A DNA stretch of 64,000 nt from assembly GCA_963793305.1 (NCBI GenBank), contig CAWBZV010000014.1, positions 174,932 through 238,931 on the forward strand, read 5' to 3'. Source of the stretch: an uncultured Gemmatimonadales bacterium. GTDB taxonomy: Bacteria; Gemmatimonadota; Gemmatimonadetes; Gemmatimonadales; Gemmatimonadaceae. The notes under the pieces were generated by a model. The model ran no database searches and was not told the origin of the DNA. It saw only the letters and a list, made by a program, of their open reading frames with translations. The translations under genes were made by a program, and so were the position numbers. Of this stretch, positions 1 through 10,068 are shown piece by piece; the first letter of the stretch is position 1, and each line of letters begins with the position of its first letter.

Positions 1-744
1 CGCTGAGCCGAGTGCGTACGTGGTGTAGCCGGTCGCCATCGCTGGTGTGTGATCGACCGGGTCGAATTGCGTATGCGTCATCCCGACCGGTGTGAAGATG
101 CGCTGGGCGAGGAACGCGCCGAACGGCTGGCCGCCGGCTTGCTCGACGACGCGACCGAGAATAAGAAAGTTCGTGTTGCTGTAGGACCAGCGCGTGCCCG
201 GGTCGAAGTCCAGTGGGCGCGTCGCGTACTCGTCGATGATCTGATCCGCGGTCGCGGGCTTTTGCATCTCGCGATCGACGAAATCGAGCGGATAGAAATC
301 GCGATAGCCCGAGACATGGTTGCCGAGGTCGAGCAGCGTGATGTCGCCGGCGCGGGTGAGCTTCGGGAAGTACTTGGCCACGGGATCCTGCAGCGTGAGC
401 TTCCCATCCTGGGCGAGGAGGAGCACGGCCGAGCAGGTGAACTGCTTCGTGACCGAGCCGACGGCGAACATCGTCTCGGCCGAGACCGAGTCGTGAGAAG
501 CGAGCGTCTTGAGGCCGTAGCCCTTGGCCAGAACGACTTTGCCGTCCTGCGCGACGGCGACCGAGAGTCCGACGAGGTGCTTGTCGGTCACGGTCGCGCG
601 GATCAAGCTGTCGATCTGTGCGACCGATACCGGCGCAACGGGCACCGTGCCGACAATGGCGTACGCACTCGTGGTGACCGTTGGGACGGGTTTGCTACAG
701 GCCGCGAGGAGACTGACGATCGCCACACTGAACGCTATTCGCAT
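1..744 (-). CDS. Serine hydrolase, beta-lactamase class C family lipoprotein (3' end outside window)
   Basis: Manual translation: MRIAFSVAIVSLLAAC lipobox, FAVGSVTKQF (SxxK), WSYSNTNF (YxN); runs off the left edge, so absent from the ORF track. Confidence 0.85.
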   Translation of the reverse strand, partial: MRIAFSVAIVSLLAACSKPVPTVTTSAYAIVGTVPVAPVSVAQIDSLIRATVTDKHLVGLSVAVAQDGKVVLAKGYGLKTLASHDSVSAETMFAVGSVTKQFTCSAVLLLAQDGKLTLQDPVAKYFPKLTRAGDITLLDLGNHVSGYRDFYPLDFVDREMQKPATADQIIDEYATRPLDFDPGTRWSYSNTNFLILGRVVEQAGGQPFGAFLAQRIFTPVGMTHTQFDPVDHTPAMATGYTTYALGSA

Positions 745-755
745 AGTACCCTGGT

Positions 756-1202
756 TTATGGAACGACCGCAATGCCTTCGATCTCGATCATGTATTCGTC
801 GCGAGCCAGAGCCACGGCGCCGGTGAGCGTGCTCGCCGGGAGATGATCGCGATCGAGAAATTTGTCGCGAACGTCGCGGAGCGCCAGCACTTTGTCGTGG
901 TCGAGGCCCACCACGAAGTAGTTCAGCTTCACGAGATTGGCGGTGGTGGCGCCCGCCGCGGACAATTCGGCGCGCAGGTTCTCAAACGCCTGAGTAGCCT
1001 GCGCGCGGAAGTCGCCGCGGCCGACAACGTCACCGTGCGCGTCAGCCGAGACCGCGCCCGAGAGATAAACAATCTTTCCGTGCTCGACGACGACCGCGTG
1101 GGAATATCCCGGCGGCGGCGCGAGGTTCGGCGCGGTGACGTAGTGCGCTTGGGCGCCGGCAAGCGCCGGGAATACCGCAATCAGGATCGCGAATGTTCTC
1201 AT
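756..1202 (-). CDS. RidA/YjgF family protein with signal peptide
   Basis: GYSHAV..GKIVYLSGAV, PASTL, IEIEGIAV motifs. Confidence 0.85.
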   Translation of the reverse strand: MRTFAILIAVFPALAGAQAHYVTAPNLAPPPGYSHAVVVEHGKIVYLSGAVSADAHGDVVGRGDFRAQATQAFENLRAELSAAGATTANLVKLNYFVVGLDHDKVLALRDVRDKFLDRDHLPASTLTGAVALARDEYMIEIEGIAVVP

Positions 1203-1291
1203 GGGCCAAACGTGACCAAGCTGGACCAGGGCTTGCAAGGGGGTAATCGTTTGTGCATGAGGAGCGCGGACTTGGGGGCCTAGCGCACGCG

Positions 1292-2782
1292 ATGAGCAGC
1301 GCAGACCGGCTGCTCCTCGACGGCGTGCTCGACTATGCCCTGTTTGCCCTCGATCCGCAGGGTTGCGTGCTCGTATGGAACGCGGGCGCCGAGCGCATGT
1401 ATGGGTACCGGGCCGACGATATCGCCGGGCAAGACTTCGTGATCTCGTACACGGAGGACGATGTCGCCGAAGGTCGACCGGCTCGAGAGCTCGAGATCGC
1501 GACGACGCGGGGCCGGGTGCAAAGCGAGGCCTGGCGTGTCCGCGAAGACGGCTCGCGGTTCTGGACGAGCACGATACTGACGGCGCTCCGTGATGACGCA
1601 GGGGCGCTGGTGGGATTCGCCGGCGTGACCCGCGACTTGAGCGATCGTCGACAGGCCGACATCGCGCTGCAGCAAAGCGAGCAGGGCTTCCGGCTTCTCG
1701 TTCAGAGCGTGCGGGACTACGCCATCTTCATGCTCGACCCGACGGGCCATATCGCCTCGTGGAACGCCGGCGCGGAGCGCATCAAGGGCTATACGGCCGA
1801 CGAGATCACGGGCCAGCATTTTTCGATCTTCTATCCGCCGGAGGATAAGGGGGACGGCAAGCCGGCCCGCGAGCTGGAGATCGCGATACGGACCGGGGTG
1901 TACGGGGAAGAGGGCTGGCGCCTGCGTAAAGACGGATCGCGCTTCTGGGCGAGCGTGGTCATTACGGCTCTCCGAAACGAGGACGGCAGTCTGGCGGGAT
2001 TCGCCAAGGTCACCCGCGATCTCACCGAGCGGCAGGCGGGGCAGCTCCGGGCATTGGAGGACGCGCGGCGCGTGACGGAAGCGGAGACGGCGAATCGCGT
2101 CAAGGGCGAGTTTCTCGCCGCAATGTCACACGAGCTCCGGACGCCGCTCAACGCGATCGCGGGCTATGCGGATCTGATGCTGATGGGCGTGAGCGGTCCA
2201 GTCACCGAGGAGCAGCGCTCCCACCTGCAGCGCATCGCCAAGAGCCAGCAGCACCTGCTCGGGATCATCAACGACCTGCTCAACTTCAGTCGACTCGAAG
2301 CCGGCCGTGTCGTATTCGATCTCGGATCGGTCGCGCTCCGGGACATCACCCACGGAATCGTGCCAATGATCGCGCCGCAGGCGAATGCGAAGCAGCTCTC
2401 GGTCACCGCCCTGTGCGCGTGCGATTGCCGGGCGCACGCGGATCGGTCGAAGGTCGAGCAGATTCTGCTCAATCTGCTTTCGAACGCCGTCAAGTTCACC
2501 GACACCGGCGGGTCGATCGAGGTGACGTGCGGCTCGGAGGGCGATCGAGTCTGGCTCAAGGTATGCGATACGGGAGCTGGCATCCCGGCGAGCGCGATCG
2601 AGCGCATCTTCTCGCCGTTCGTTCAGGTCGGACGGAGTCTCGCCAGTCCCAAGGAAGGCGCGGGCCTGGGTCTCTCGATCAGTCGCGAGCTCGCGCGGGC
2701 AATGGGCGGGGAGCTGACGGTGGAGAGTAGCGAAGGCGTCGGCTCGACCTTCACCCTCACGCTCCCGCAATTTTCGGCGTAG
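1292..2782 (+). CDS. PAS-PAS sensor histidine kinase
   Basis: Two PAS repeats (WNAGAER..GY), H-box MSHELRTPL, NLLSNAVKFT, DTGAG, GAGLGL. Confidence 0.93.
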   Translation: MSSADRLLLDGVLDYALFALDPQGCVLVWNAGAERMYGYRADDIAGQDFVISYTEDDVAEGRPARELEIATTRGRVQSEAWRVREDGSRFWTSTILTALRDDAGALVGFAGVTRDLSDRRQADIALQQSEQGFRLLVQSVRDYAIFMLDPTGHIASWNAGAERIKGYTADEITGQHFSIFYPPEDKGDGKPARELEIAIRTGVYGEEGWRLRKDGSRFWASVVITALRNEDGSLAGFAKVTRDLTERQAGQLRALEDARRVTEAETANRVKGEFLAAMSHELRTPLNAIAGYADLMLMGVSGPVTEEQRSHLQRIAKSQQHLLGIINDLLNFSRLEAGRVVFDLGSVALRDITHGIVPMIAPQANAKQLSVTALCACDCRAHADRSKVEQILLNLLSNAVKFTDTGGSIEVTCGSEGDRVWLKVCDTGAGIPASAIERIFSPFVQVGRSLASPKEGAGLGLSISRELARAMGGELTVESSEGVGSTFTLTLPQFSA

Positions 2783-2784
2783 GG

Positions 2785-3823
2785 CTAGCGCGCCCGATAG
2801 TCCTTCCAATCACGCTCAATGGCTTGGGCCATCGCCTTGGCCGCATGATGGAGCCATCGAGAGTGGCGCCGACGCACATCGGTCAGCGCCGCTTTCGCTT
2901 GAGCAGGGCTGCCGAGGTGCACGTTCGCGGTCTCGACGCCCATCGCGTGCACGAGCCGCGCCTCGTCCCGCTTGGCGGCCAACGTCGCGATCTCGATCGG
3001 GTTCGAGTCGGGTGCGAGGCGTTTGACGATCCATCGGCCCACGACGCGCTGAAACGGATCTGGTGATCGGATCGCGCGTGTCATCGCGCGCTCATAATAG
3101 CGCTTGGGCGGAATGAGCGCCTTGGCTTCGCGCGCGATCTCGGCGCCGTCGCACATGGCGATCATCGCGAATCGTGGCTGACCGAGGCTGCCAAGACCGG
3201 CTTCTCGTCGCACGATCGTTCGCTGCGTGATGGGGTGCGGCACCAGCGCTCCGAGTGCGTTGAGCGCCGATCGTGGCGCCTCGCGCACGATTGGCCACTC
3301 GCGCAACCGGTCCCAGAAGTGTCGGGGAGGCTTGACCTCCTCGAATGCCGAGCTTTTCCAGGTGCTCGTGGGATTCCGCCAGCACGAACGGAGATCCACC
3401 CTGGCGAAGCGTCGAGATGTATCCGTCGAGAATGGCCTCGCAGGCGTCGCGAGGCCGTATGTCGACGAGGCCGGCGTCGCGAGCGATCCTGGCGCTCGCC
3501 GCCAAACGGACCAGATCGTTCGTGTAGGGAAGGGGATGCGCGTCGTCGAAGTCGTCGACACCCCACGCCAAGCGACCTTCGGTGTCGCGCCAGGTGCCGA
3601 AGCTGTCCACATGCAGATCGCCGACGGCGAGGACGCGCGGGGCGCTGCGCGCATCGGCGACAACCGAAGGATAGAGCTGTGCCCACCGATAGTAGGTGCC
3701 GCGCAGAAAGGCGAAGAGGTCGTCTCGCATGCGGGCATGCTTGTCCCGCAGCGCTGATGCGACGATCGGCGTTTCTCGTCGCAGCCGGCGCTCGTACTCC
3801 CGTGTCGCCTGATGGATGTCCAC
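2785..3823 (-). CDS. DUF2252 family protein (frameshift near 3345)
   Basis: FAFLRGTYYRW, GDLHVDSFG, GVDDFDD in frame 3092..3823; AGLGSLG and ANVHLG in frame 2785..4041. Confidence 0.8.
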
Positions 3824-4333
3824 TTACCGCCGGCCTGACATCCCGGCGTCGGCGTCGCGGTTGATGGTCTGAATAGCCAGCGCGGTGAGTAGCTCGTCGG
3901 CCTGCTTCTCCTCGTCGAGCGTCTGCTGCAGCAGGCTCGCGTGTACCGAGTATCCGAGCTGTTCGGCCCAGGTCCGCGCGCTCCCGTAATTCGCCATCTC
4001 GTAGTGCTCGACGCTTTGGGCGCCGGACAGGAGGCCAACATCGAGGATGCCGGCTTCGGGATCTTCTTTCATGAGCTCGGCTCCTTCGTCGATGATCCCT
4101 TGAATGCCTCGACACATCTTGCCTTTCGGACTCTTCCCCAGCTCCTCGAAGATCTGGTCGAGGCGCTCGACGTGCGTCTCGGTCTGCAGCCGGTGCGTCT
4201 CGAACGCGTCGCGCAGCGCCTCATGCGTGGCGGCGTTCACCATCTTTGGCAGCGCCTTCAGGATCTGGTGCTCGGCGCTGTACAGATCCTTGAGCTTCTC
4301 GACGTACAGGTCCGTCATTGTGGTCGGGGCCAT
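3824..4333 (-). CDS. Ferritin-like DUF892 (YciF-like) protein
   Basis: LKDLYSAE, HRLQTETH, EHYEMANYG, TLDEEKQAD. Confidence 0.9.
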   Translation of the reverse strand: MAPTTMTDLYVEKLKDLYSAEHQILKALPKMVNAATHEALRDAFETHRLQTETHVERLDQIFEELGKSPKGKMCRGIQGIIDEGAELMKEDPEAGILDVGLLSGAQSVEHYEMANYGSARTWAEQLGYSVHASLLQQTLDEEKQADELLTALAIQTINRDADAGMSGRR

Positions 4334-4448
4334 CGGTCCTCCGAATAGGCGATGCGGGGTTGTGTGTGACAGCCTCTAATGCAATCGCCGGTCCGTGGCG
4401 TCGATCTTGCCAGATCGGCCGCATCGCTGTCTTCCCGGAGGTTGACCC

Positions 4449-5465
4449 ATGCGACCGATACTCTTGTCAGCACTGTTCTTCGTAGCCACCGCACGGGCCC
4501 AGCAAGTCGAGATCGGCCTGTATCCGACGGCGCGTCATTACACGCCGGATGTCGGATATGGTGGCCTCTGGGGTGGCGGGCTCACCGGTACGCTCGGTTA
4601 TCACTTCACATCGTTTCTCGCGCTCGAAGCGGGATACAGCGACACGTGGAATCCGGAGATCCCCACGCACTTGCGCGGGAATCCCCTGACGCAGCTGGCG
4701 ACGGGCTCGCTCGTGCTCGAAGTGCCGAGCCATGCGCCCGTCGTCCCGTACGTGTCCGGAGGCGCGGGATATAACTGGTTCCAATTTCATTTGCCCGACC
4801 CGGCGTACCCGGCACTGACCGACATCCGCACAAAGGGATTCTGGGTGTGGCATCCCGCCGCCGGCCTGAAGTTCAAGCTGAGCCACAATACCGCGCTGCG
4901 AGCGGAAGCGAACATGGATGTCCAAAACCATCGACGCGCGACCGCGGGAGGATTCCTCGGTATCTCGTTCTTCCCAGGAGCGAAGCGACCCGCGCCGCGC
5001 GTCGAGCGCATTATCACAACGCCACCTCCCATACACGACACCACCGTCGTGACCCGCGTCGACACGGTCCGCTTGACGGTGCCGCACGAAGTGCAGAGGA
5101 CCGTCGTCGACACGAGCGTCTTGCTCGTGTTGCAGGACGTGAACTTCGGGTTCGGCCGGTCCGATCTGCGGCCGCGAGCCAAGCCGGTGCTCGATCGAGG
5201 GGCGCAGCAACTCAACAGCATCGGCAACGTGCCGATTCAGATCATCGGCTACACCGATAGCGTCGGCTCCGACAGCTACAACAATCGACTCGGCCTCGCG
5301 CGCGCCACCGCCGTTCGAGACTACCTCGTGCAGGCTGGCGTAGACCCAAACCGGATCTCCGTGTCGAGTGGCGGGAAGGGCAACCCCGTCGCATCCAATC
5401 GCACGGCCGCGGGAAGGGCGCTCAACCGGCGCGTCGTGATTCGGAAGAATGTGGGCGGTACATAA
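4449..5465 (+). CDS. OmpA family outer-membrane protein
   Basis: Signal peptide, beta-barrel-like N-terminus, C-terminal GYTDSVG..NNRLGLARA..NRRV. Confidence 0.9.
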   Translation: MRPILLSALFFVATARAQQVEIGLYPTARHYTPDVGYGGLWGGGLTGTLGYHFTSFLALEAGYSDTWNPEIPTHLRGNPLTQLATGSLVLEVPSHAPVVPYVSGGAGYNWFQFHLPDPAYPALTDIRTKGFWVWHPAAGLKFKLSHNTALRAEANMDVQNHRRATAGGFLGISFFPGAKRPAPRVERIITTPPPIHDTTVVTRVDTVRLTVPHEVQRTVVDTSVLLVLQDVNFGFGRSDLRPRAKPVLDRGAQQLNSIGNVPIQIIGYTDSVGSDSYNNRLGLARATAVRDYLVQAGVDPNRISVSSGGKGNPVASNRTAAGRALNRRVVIRKNVGGT

Positions 5466-5486
5466 GTTCAGGGTTAAGATTTGCGC

Positions 5487-6365
5487 ATGAAATATCTCAT
5501 ATGCGCTTTCGTGCTGGCCGGCGCACTGCGGGCGCAACCGGTCAAGGTGTATATCTCGGTCGACATGGAGGGGGTCGCCGGTGTCGTCACCGCCGACCAA
5601 CTCCTGCCGACGGGATTCGAGTACGAGCGGTTCCGGACGTTTATGACCGCCGAGGCGGTCGCCGCGATCCAGGGAGCGCGCGATGCCGGCGCGACGGCGA
5701 TCGTCGTCAGCGACTCGCACGGCAATGGCGAGAACTTGCTCATCGAGCAGCTGCCGACCGACGTCACGCTGGTCCGCTCGTGGCCACGGCCGCTCACGAT
5801 GATGGAGGGGATCGACTCATCGTTCGCGGCCGCCGTGTTTATCGGCTATCACGCGTCGACGACGAATCCCGCCGGCGTCCGCGCCCACACATTCTCGAGC
5901 GCCACGTTCACGAGCGTGGAGCTCAACGGCGTCCCGATCCCCGAGGCGGGCCTCAATGCCGCGATCGCCGGCCGATTCGGCGTGCCCGTCGTGGCGATTT
6001 CAGGGGACGATATCGCCGTGCACGAAGCGCAGCAAATGATCGGCGGCCTCGAGGGTGCCGTCGTCAAGCGCGCGATCAGCTTTCACGCCGCGGCGACCAT
6101 GACGCCGGCCGCGGCGCAGGCCTTGATTCGCACCACGGTTCGTGCGGGCGTCCAGCGGCGAGCCAGCATCAAGCCGTACGTCCTGGCCACCCCCGTGCGC
6201 TTGGATCTCAGCTTCAAGAACTATCGGCCGGCCGAGCTGTTGACCTATCTCCCGGGTGTCCAGCGCGTCTCGTCACACACGATTCGCTTCGTGGGCCACG
6301 ACATCACCAACGTCTCGCGATTTATCGAGTTCGTGACGAACTATCAGCCCGATCTCTCGCCGTGA
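5487..6365 (+). CDS. M55 D-aminopeptidase (DppA family), secreted
   Basis: ISVDMEG, DSHG, GYHA, AHT, SGDD motifs. Confidence 0.92.
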   Translation: MKYLICAFVLAGALRAQPVKVYISVDMEGVAGVVTADQLLPTGFEYERFRTFMTAEAVAAIQGARDAGATAIVVSDSHGNGENLLIEQLPTDVTLVRSWPRPLTMMEGIDSSFAAAVFIGYHASTTNPAGVRAHTFSSATFTSVELNGVPIPEAGLNAAIAGRFGVPVVAISGDDIAVHEAQQMIGGLEGAVVKRAISFHAAATMTPAAAQALIRTTVRAGVQRRASIKPYVLATPVRLDLSFKNYRPAELLTYLPGVQRVSSHTIRFVGHDITNVSRFIEFVTNYQPDLSP

Positions 6366-7797
6366 GCGCCGCGCCTGCCACGCTTCTCGCGCGATGGGGC
6401 GCGTTGTCGAGCATTCGGATGTAGGCATCGTGGGCCTCGCGCGAGCGGCCGGCGGCCAGTAGCAGGTCGCCGTAGAGCTCGCGCGCCGGGAGCACCGGTC
6501 CCGGTGATATCGGCAGCGAGGGCTGTCGATCCTCGAGATCGGCCGCTGCCGACGCACGGGAGATCGCGCCGGCCGTATCGCCCGCGGCGAGTGCGAGCCA
6601 CGCCGATGCGGCCAGTCGCTGAATCTTGACCTCGGGAACTTTGTCCTCGATGGCGGCAAGCTCGTCTACGTCGACCCGCGCAGCGCTGGTGTCGCCACTC
6701 CGCGCCGCGCCGATCGCGCGAGCGAAGTGCGTGATCGCCTCGGTCTCGCGGGCGTCGGGCGCCGGGCGTATCGTGAGCACCGCGGCCTCCTTCCAGGCGC
6801 TGCGCTCGAGCGCATAGCGGGCCGGGATCGCCGCCAGCGCGTAGGCGTTGGTGTACGACCCGGCCGGATAGCTGACCGTGACGGCGTTGGCCTCGTCAAC
6901 GATCTTCTTCGCGTCGCTGTCGCGGTGCTTCTGCAGGTACGCGTAGACGAGATAGTCCATCGCGTGGCCGCGCTGATCCCAGAGCCCGTGCCAACCCTGT
7001 TGCACCTCATACTGCCGCGCGACGCCGGCTGACTTGACGTTCGCCGCAATGTCTTCGTCCCACAGCCCCATGCGCGTGAAGATGTGGGACGGCATGTGCA
7101 ACGCATGCGGCACGGCGGGCGCGATCTGGGCGTAGCGTCGCGCGGCATCGAGCGCGAGCGGCGCGAGCGGCGGCGAGTCGTTGGCGTGGATCACGTAGTG
7201 CGCCAGACCGGGATGCGTCGGGTCGGCGCGGAACAGCGGAAACAGGATCGAGTCCGCGCGTCGCGTCCGCGCGCCGGTCGTGTCGTACGCGGCGCCGTTG
7301 CCGAGGATCGCCAGCGCGTAGAAGATCGCCGCTTCGTGATCCTCGGGGTTCTGCCGGTACACTTTCTCCATCGCCTGCTCGTACGCGGCGATCCGTACAC
7401 GGTAGGACGGTGTGGGAAGCTCGCGATAGTACGTCGCGATCGCATCCGCGTAGTCGCGCTCGCGCGGCGTATGCGCGAGCGTCGTCGCGCGTTCGCTCAA
7501 GTCGTGCCCACGCTTCAAGTCGTCGGGTGACGGCGGCGCCCACATCGGGTGGAGCAGGCTCATCGCCTGACCCCAGTACGCCATCGCGCAGTCCGAGTCC
7601 GCGGCGCTCACCGCCGCGAATGTGCGGAACGACTCCTCGTACCAGAACGAGTGCAGCAGCGCGACGCCACGATCGAACTGGGGCTGCACGTCGCTCGCGC
7701 ACGACGTCGCGAAGTGCACGTGGCCGATCTCGTGCTCGTGCGCCTCCTGGGCGCCGAGGACGGTGGACATGGCCAGCAGCATCAGCGGAGCGCGCAT
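6322..7797 (-). CDS. Secreted TPR-repeat protein
   Basis: GVALLHSFWY, HPGLAHYVIHA, HALHMPSHIF typical of a conserved TPR family. Confidence 0.8.
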   Translation of the reverse strand: MRAPLMLLAMSTVLGAQEAHEHEIGHVHFATSCASDVQPQFDRGVALLHSFWYEESFRTFAAVSAADSDCAMAYWGQAMSLLHPMWAPPSPDDLKRGHDLSERATTLAHTPRERDYADAIATYYRELPTPSYRVRIAAYEQAMEKVYRQNPEDHEAAIFYALAILGNGAAYDTTGARTRRADSILFPLFRADPTHPGLAHYVIHANDSPPLAPLALDAARRYAQIAPAVPHALHMPSHIFTRMGLWDEDIAANVKSAGVARQYEVQQGWHGLWDQRGHAMDYLVYAYLQKHRDSDAKKIVDEANAVTVSYPAGSYTNAYALAAIPARYALERSAWKEAAVLTIRPAPDARETEAITHFARAIGAARSGDTSAARVDVDELAAIEDKVPEVKIQRLAASAWLALAAGDTAGAISRASAAADLEDRQPSLPISPGPVLPARELYGDLLLAAGRSREAHDAYIRMLDNAPHRARSVAGAALTARDRADSSSRTR

Positions 7798-7818
7798 AGC
7801 ACCTCTCGTCCGTCAATA

Positions 7819-8847
7819 CTACAGTCGCTCGCAGGCCGCGCTCAACAGTGCTTTAGCCTTGTCATAGTCGGCGGACTTGAGATCGAGCGTCACCATCACG
7901 TCGTGCCGCGTGGCGCCCAAGATGGAGCCATTGATGAGCGCGGCCGAGTCCCAGGGCCCGCGCAGCGTGGTGTCGGTCTTGAAGCTCGTCGTGACGGGAG
8001 CACCCGTAGCGGAGCCACCGACCATCTTCATGAGACCGCCCATCATCTTCTGCTGCGACGAGTCGAGCGTGGGCATCGAGACTTGGGGCGTGCCAAGGAC
8101 CCCGCTCCCCATGGGCATCGTGTGCTTCAGCCGGTCGAGCGCCTGGTATCCGCCGCGCCACGTGACGGCCAATGGATACGATCGGGGGTCGGCACCCCCC
8201 TTCACCTTATACGTGCACTCCGAGCCATCGGGGTCGGCGACCGGATTGCCGTCCAACGGCCCGAGGATCTGCACAACCCGCGCACGCGGTATCAGATCGC
8301 ACGCACTCGCCAGACGCGGATGCGGTTTCGGCGCGAGCGCGGCTGAGCGCGCGCCGTCATAGTCCAACGGATGGTTGAGCCGACCGACGATCTTCGTGGC
8401 GAGATCGATGGCGCCGGGTTTGCCGCCCTCTGACCCGCTGACGTCGACGATGATCTGGGCGTCGGACTTCCACACGGTCAGGCTACCCATTATCGACCAC
8501 ATCGATCGGTCCCATGGTCCGGGCGGACCGGCCAGGAGGCGTGCGCCGGGAGTCTGGCCGCCGGCGATGGTCTTTGGGGCGCCCGTGACGACCTGACCGA
8601 CCTGGGGGGCCCCGGCGCCGCGTGAGACCGTTACGACAACGCTTCGTCCGTCCCGCCCGCGATACATGCAGGCATCGCCGGTCGGACTCGGGGCGACGTC
8701 GCCGTCGTCGTAGCGGTAAGGAGGGTTAGCGAGGGGGCCGACGTAGGTCTCGGCCTCGCTCGAGGCGAGCCATCGGCACGAATCCGTTCCGTCCTGCGCT
8801 TGGCAGGCGGTGGCCGCGAACACGAAGATGATGAGAGAGAGTCGCAT
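7819..8847 (-). CDS. Hypothetical secreted protein with two Cys-containing repeats
   Basis: Signal-like MRLSLIIFVFAATAC; internal duplication (C..L...E/R..VGP, CxY, GPWD). Confidence 0.6.
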   Translation of the reverse strand: MRLSLIIFVFAATACQAQDGTDSCRWLASSEAETYVGPLANPPYRYDDGDVAPSPTGDACMYRGRDGRSVVVTVSRGAGAPQVGQVVTGAPKTIAGGQTPGARLLAGPPGPWDRSMWSIMGSLTVWKSDAQIIVDVSGSEGGKPGAIDLATKIVGRLNHPLDYDGARSAALAPKPHPRLASACDLIPRARVVQILGPLDGNPVADPDGSECTYKVKGGADPRSYPLAVTWRGGYQALDRLKHTMPMGSGVLGTPQVSMPTLDSSQQKMMGGLMKMVGGSATGAPVTTSFKTDTTLRGPWDSAALINGSILGATRHDVMVTLDLKSADYDKAKALLSAACERL

Positions 8848-8949
8848 GCGGCCATCGTAGCGCGGTCGCATCTCGCTGCCGTCTCTTGCGTGACAGACGG
8901 TCGCGAGACGGGTGGGACCTAGCGTGCCACCCTCCTCCTGCACGAGGTC

Positions 8950-10068
8950 ATGGTGCCCACGCTCCGACTCGCCGCGCTGATCGCGCTTCTTCCCACACTC
9001 TCCGTGTCCGCCCAGGGCCGCACCAGGACGTACTACATTGCTGCCGACCCGGTGTCCTGGGACTACCTACCCGGTGGCCGCGATGGGATCGTTGGTGCGC
9101 CGATGGCCGACACGGCGTTCTTCGCCAATGCCAAGCCCGGCCAGTGGCGACGACGTACCAGAAGGTGCTCTATCGGGCGTACACCGATAGCTCCTTTCGC
9201 ACACTGGAGGCTCGCCCTCCGGAGTGGCGGCACTTGGGATTTCTGGGTCCGCTCATTCGGGCCACAGTAGGCGACACCATTCGCGTCGTATTCCGCAACA
9301 ACGGCCAGCGGCCATACAGCGTCCACCCGCATGGTGTGTTCTACGAGAAGAGCTCCGAGGGGGCGCCGTACGACGATGGCACAACGGGTATCCACCGGAC
9401 GGGCAATGGCGTGCCGCCTGGCGGCACCCACGTCTATGTATGGCCCGTGCCCGATCGCGCCGGCCCCGGCCCGATGGACGGAAGCTCCGTCCTATGGATG
9501 TATCACTCGCACGTGGACGAAGTCCGCGACATCAACACCGGGCTCTTTGGTCCCATGATCGTGACGGCGCGCGGGAAAGCCCGACCGGATGGCTCGCCGA
9601 TCGATGTCGACCGCGAAATCATCGCCAGCTTCATGCAGGTCGAAGAAAACGACAGCTGGCTGCGGGACAAGAACGCCCTGTGGCGGGACTCGCTCGAGCA
9701 CCTGGGCCCGACGCCGAATCCCTCGAAAACGCAGGACGTTCTACCCGTGGTTCGTGAAGTTCACGATCAACGGCTTCGTGCACGGCAGCATGCCGCTCGA
9801 CGAGATCACGATGAAACAGAACGAGCGGGTGCGCTGGTATCTCATGGCGTCGACGAACGACTTCGACTTTCATGCCCCGCACTGGCATGGCAACACCGTC
9901 ATCGTGAACGGTATGCGGACGGACGTGACGCAACTGGCCATGATGCAGATGGCGATCGCCGACATGATCCCCGACAACGTCGGCACGTGGCTCTTCCACT
10001 GCCACGTCTCGTTTCACAACGAAGAGGGGATGGCCGTGCGCTACCGCGTTATCGCGGCAACGCCGTGA
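8950..10068 (+). CDS. Two-domain multicopper oxidase (frameshifts near 9138 and 9738)
   Basis: HPHG, MYHSH, HAPHWHG and HCHVSFHNEEGM copper motifs spread across three frames. Confidence 0.88.
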
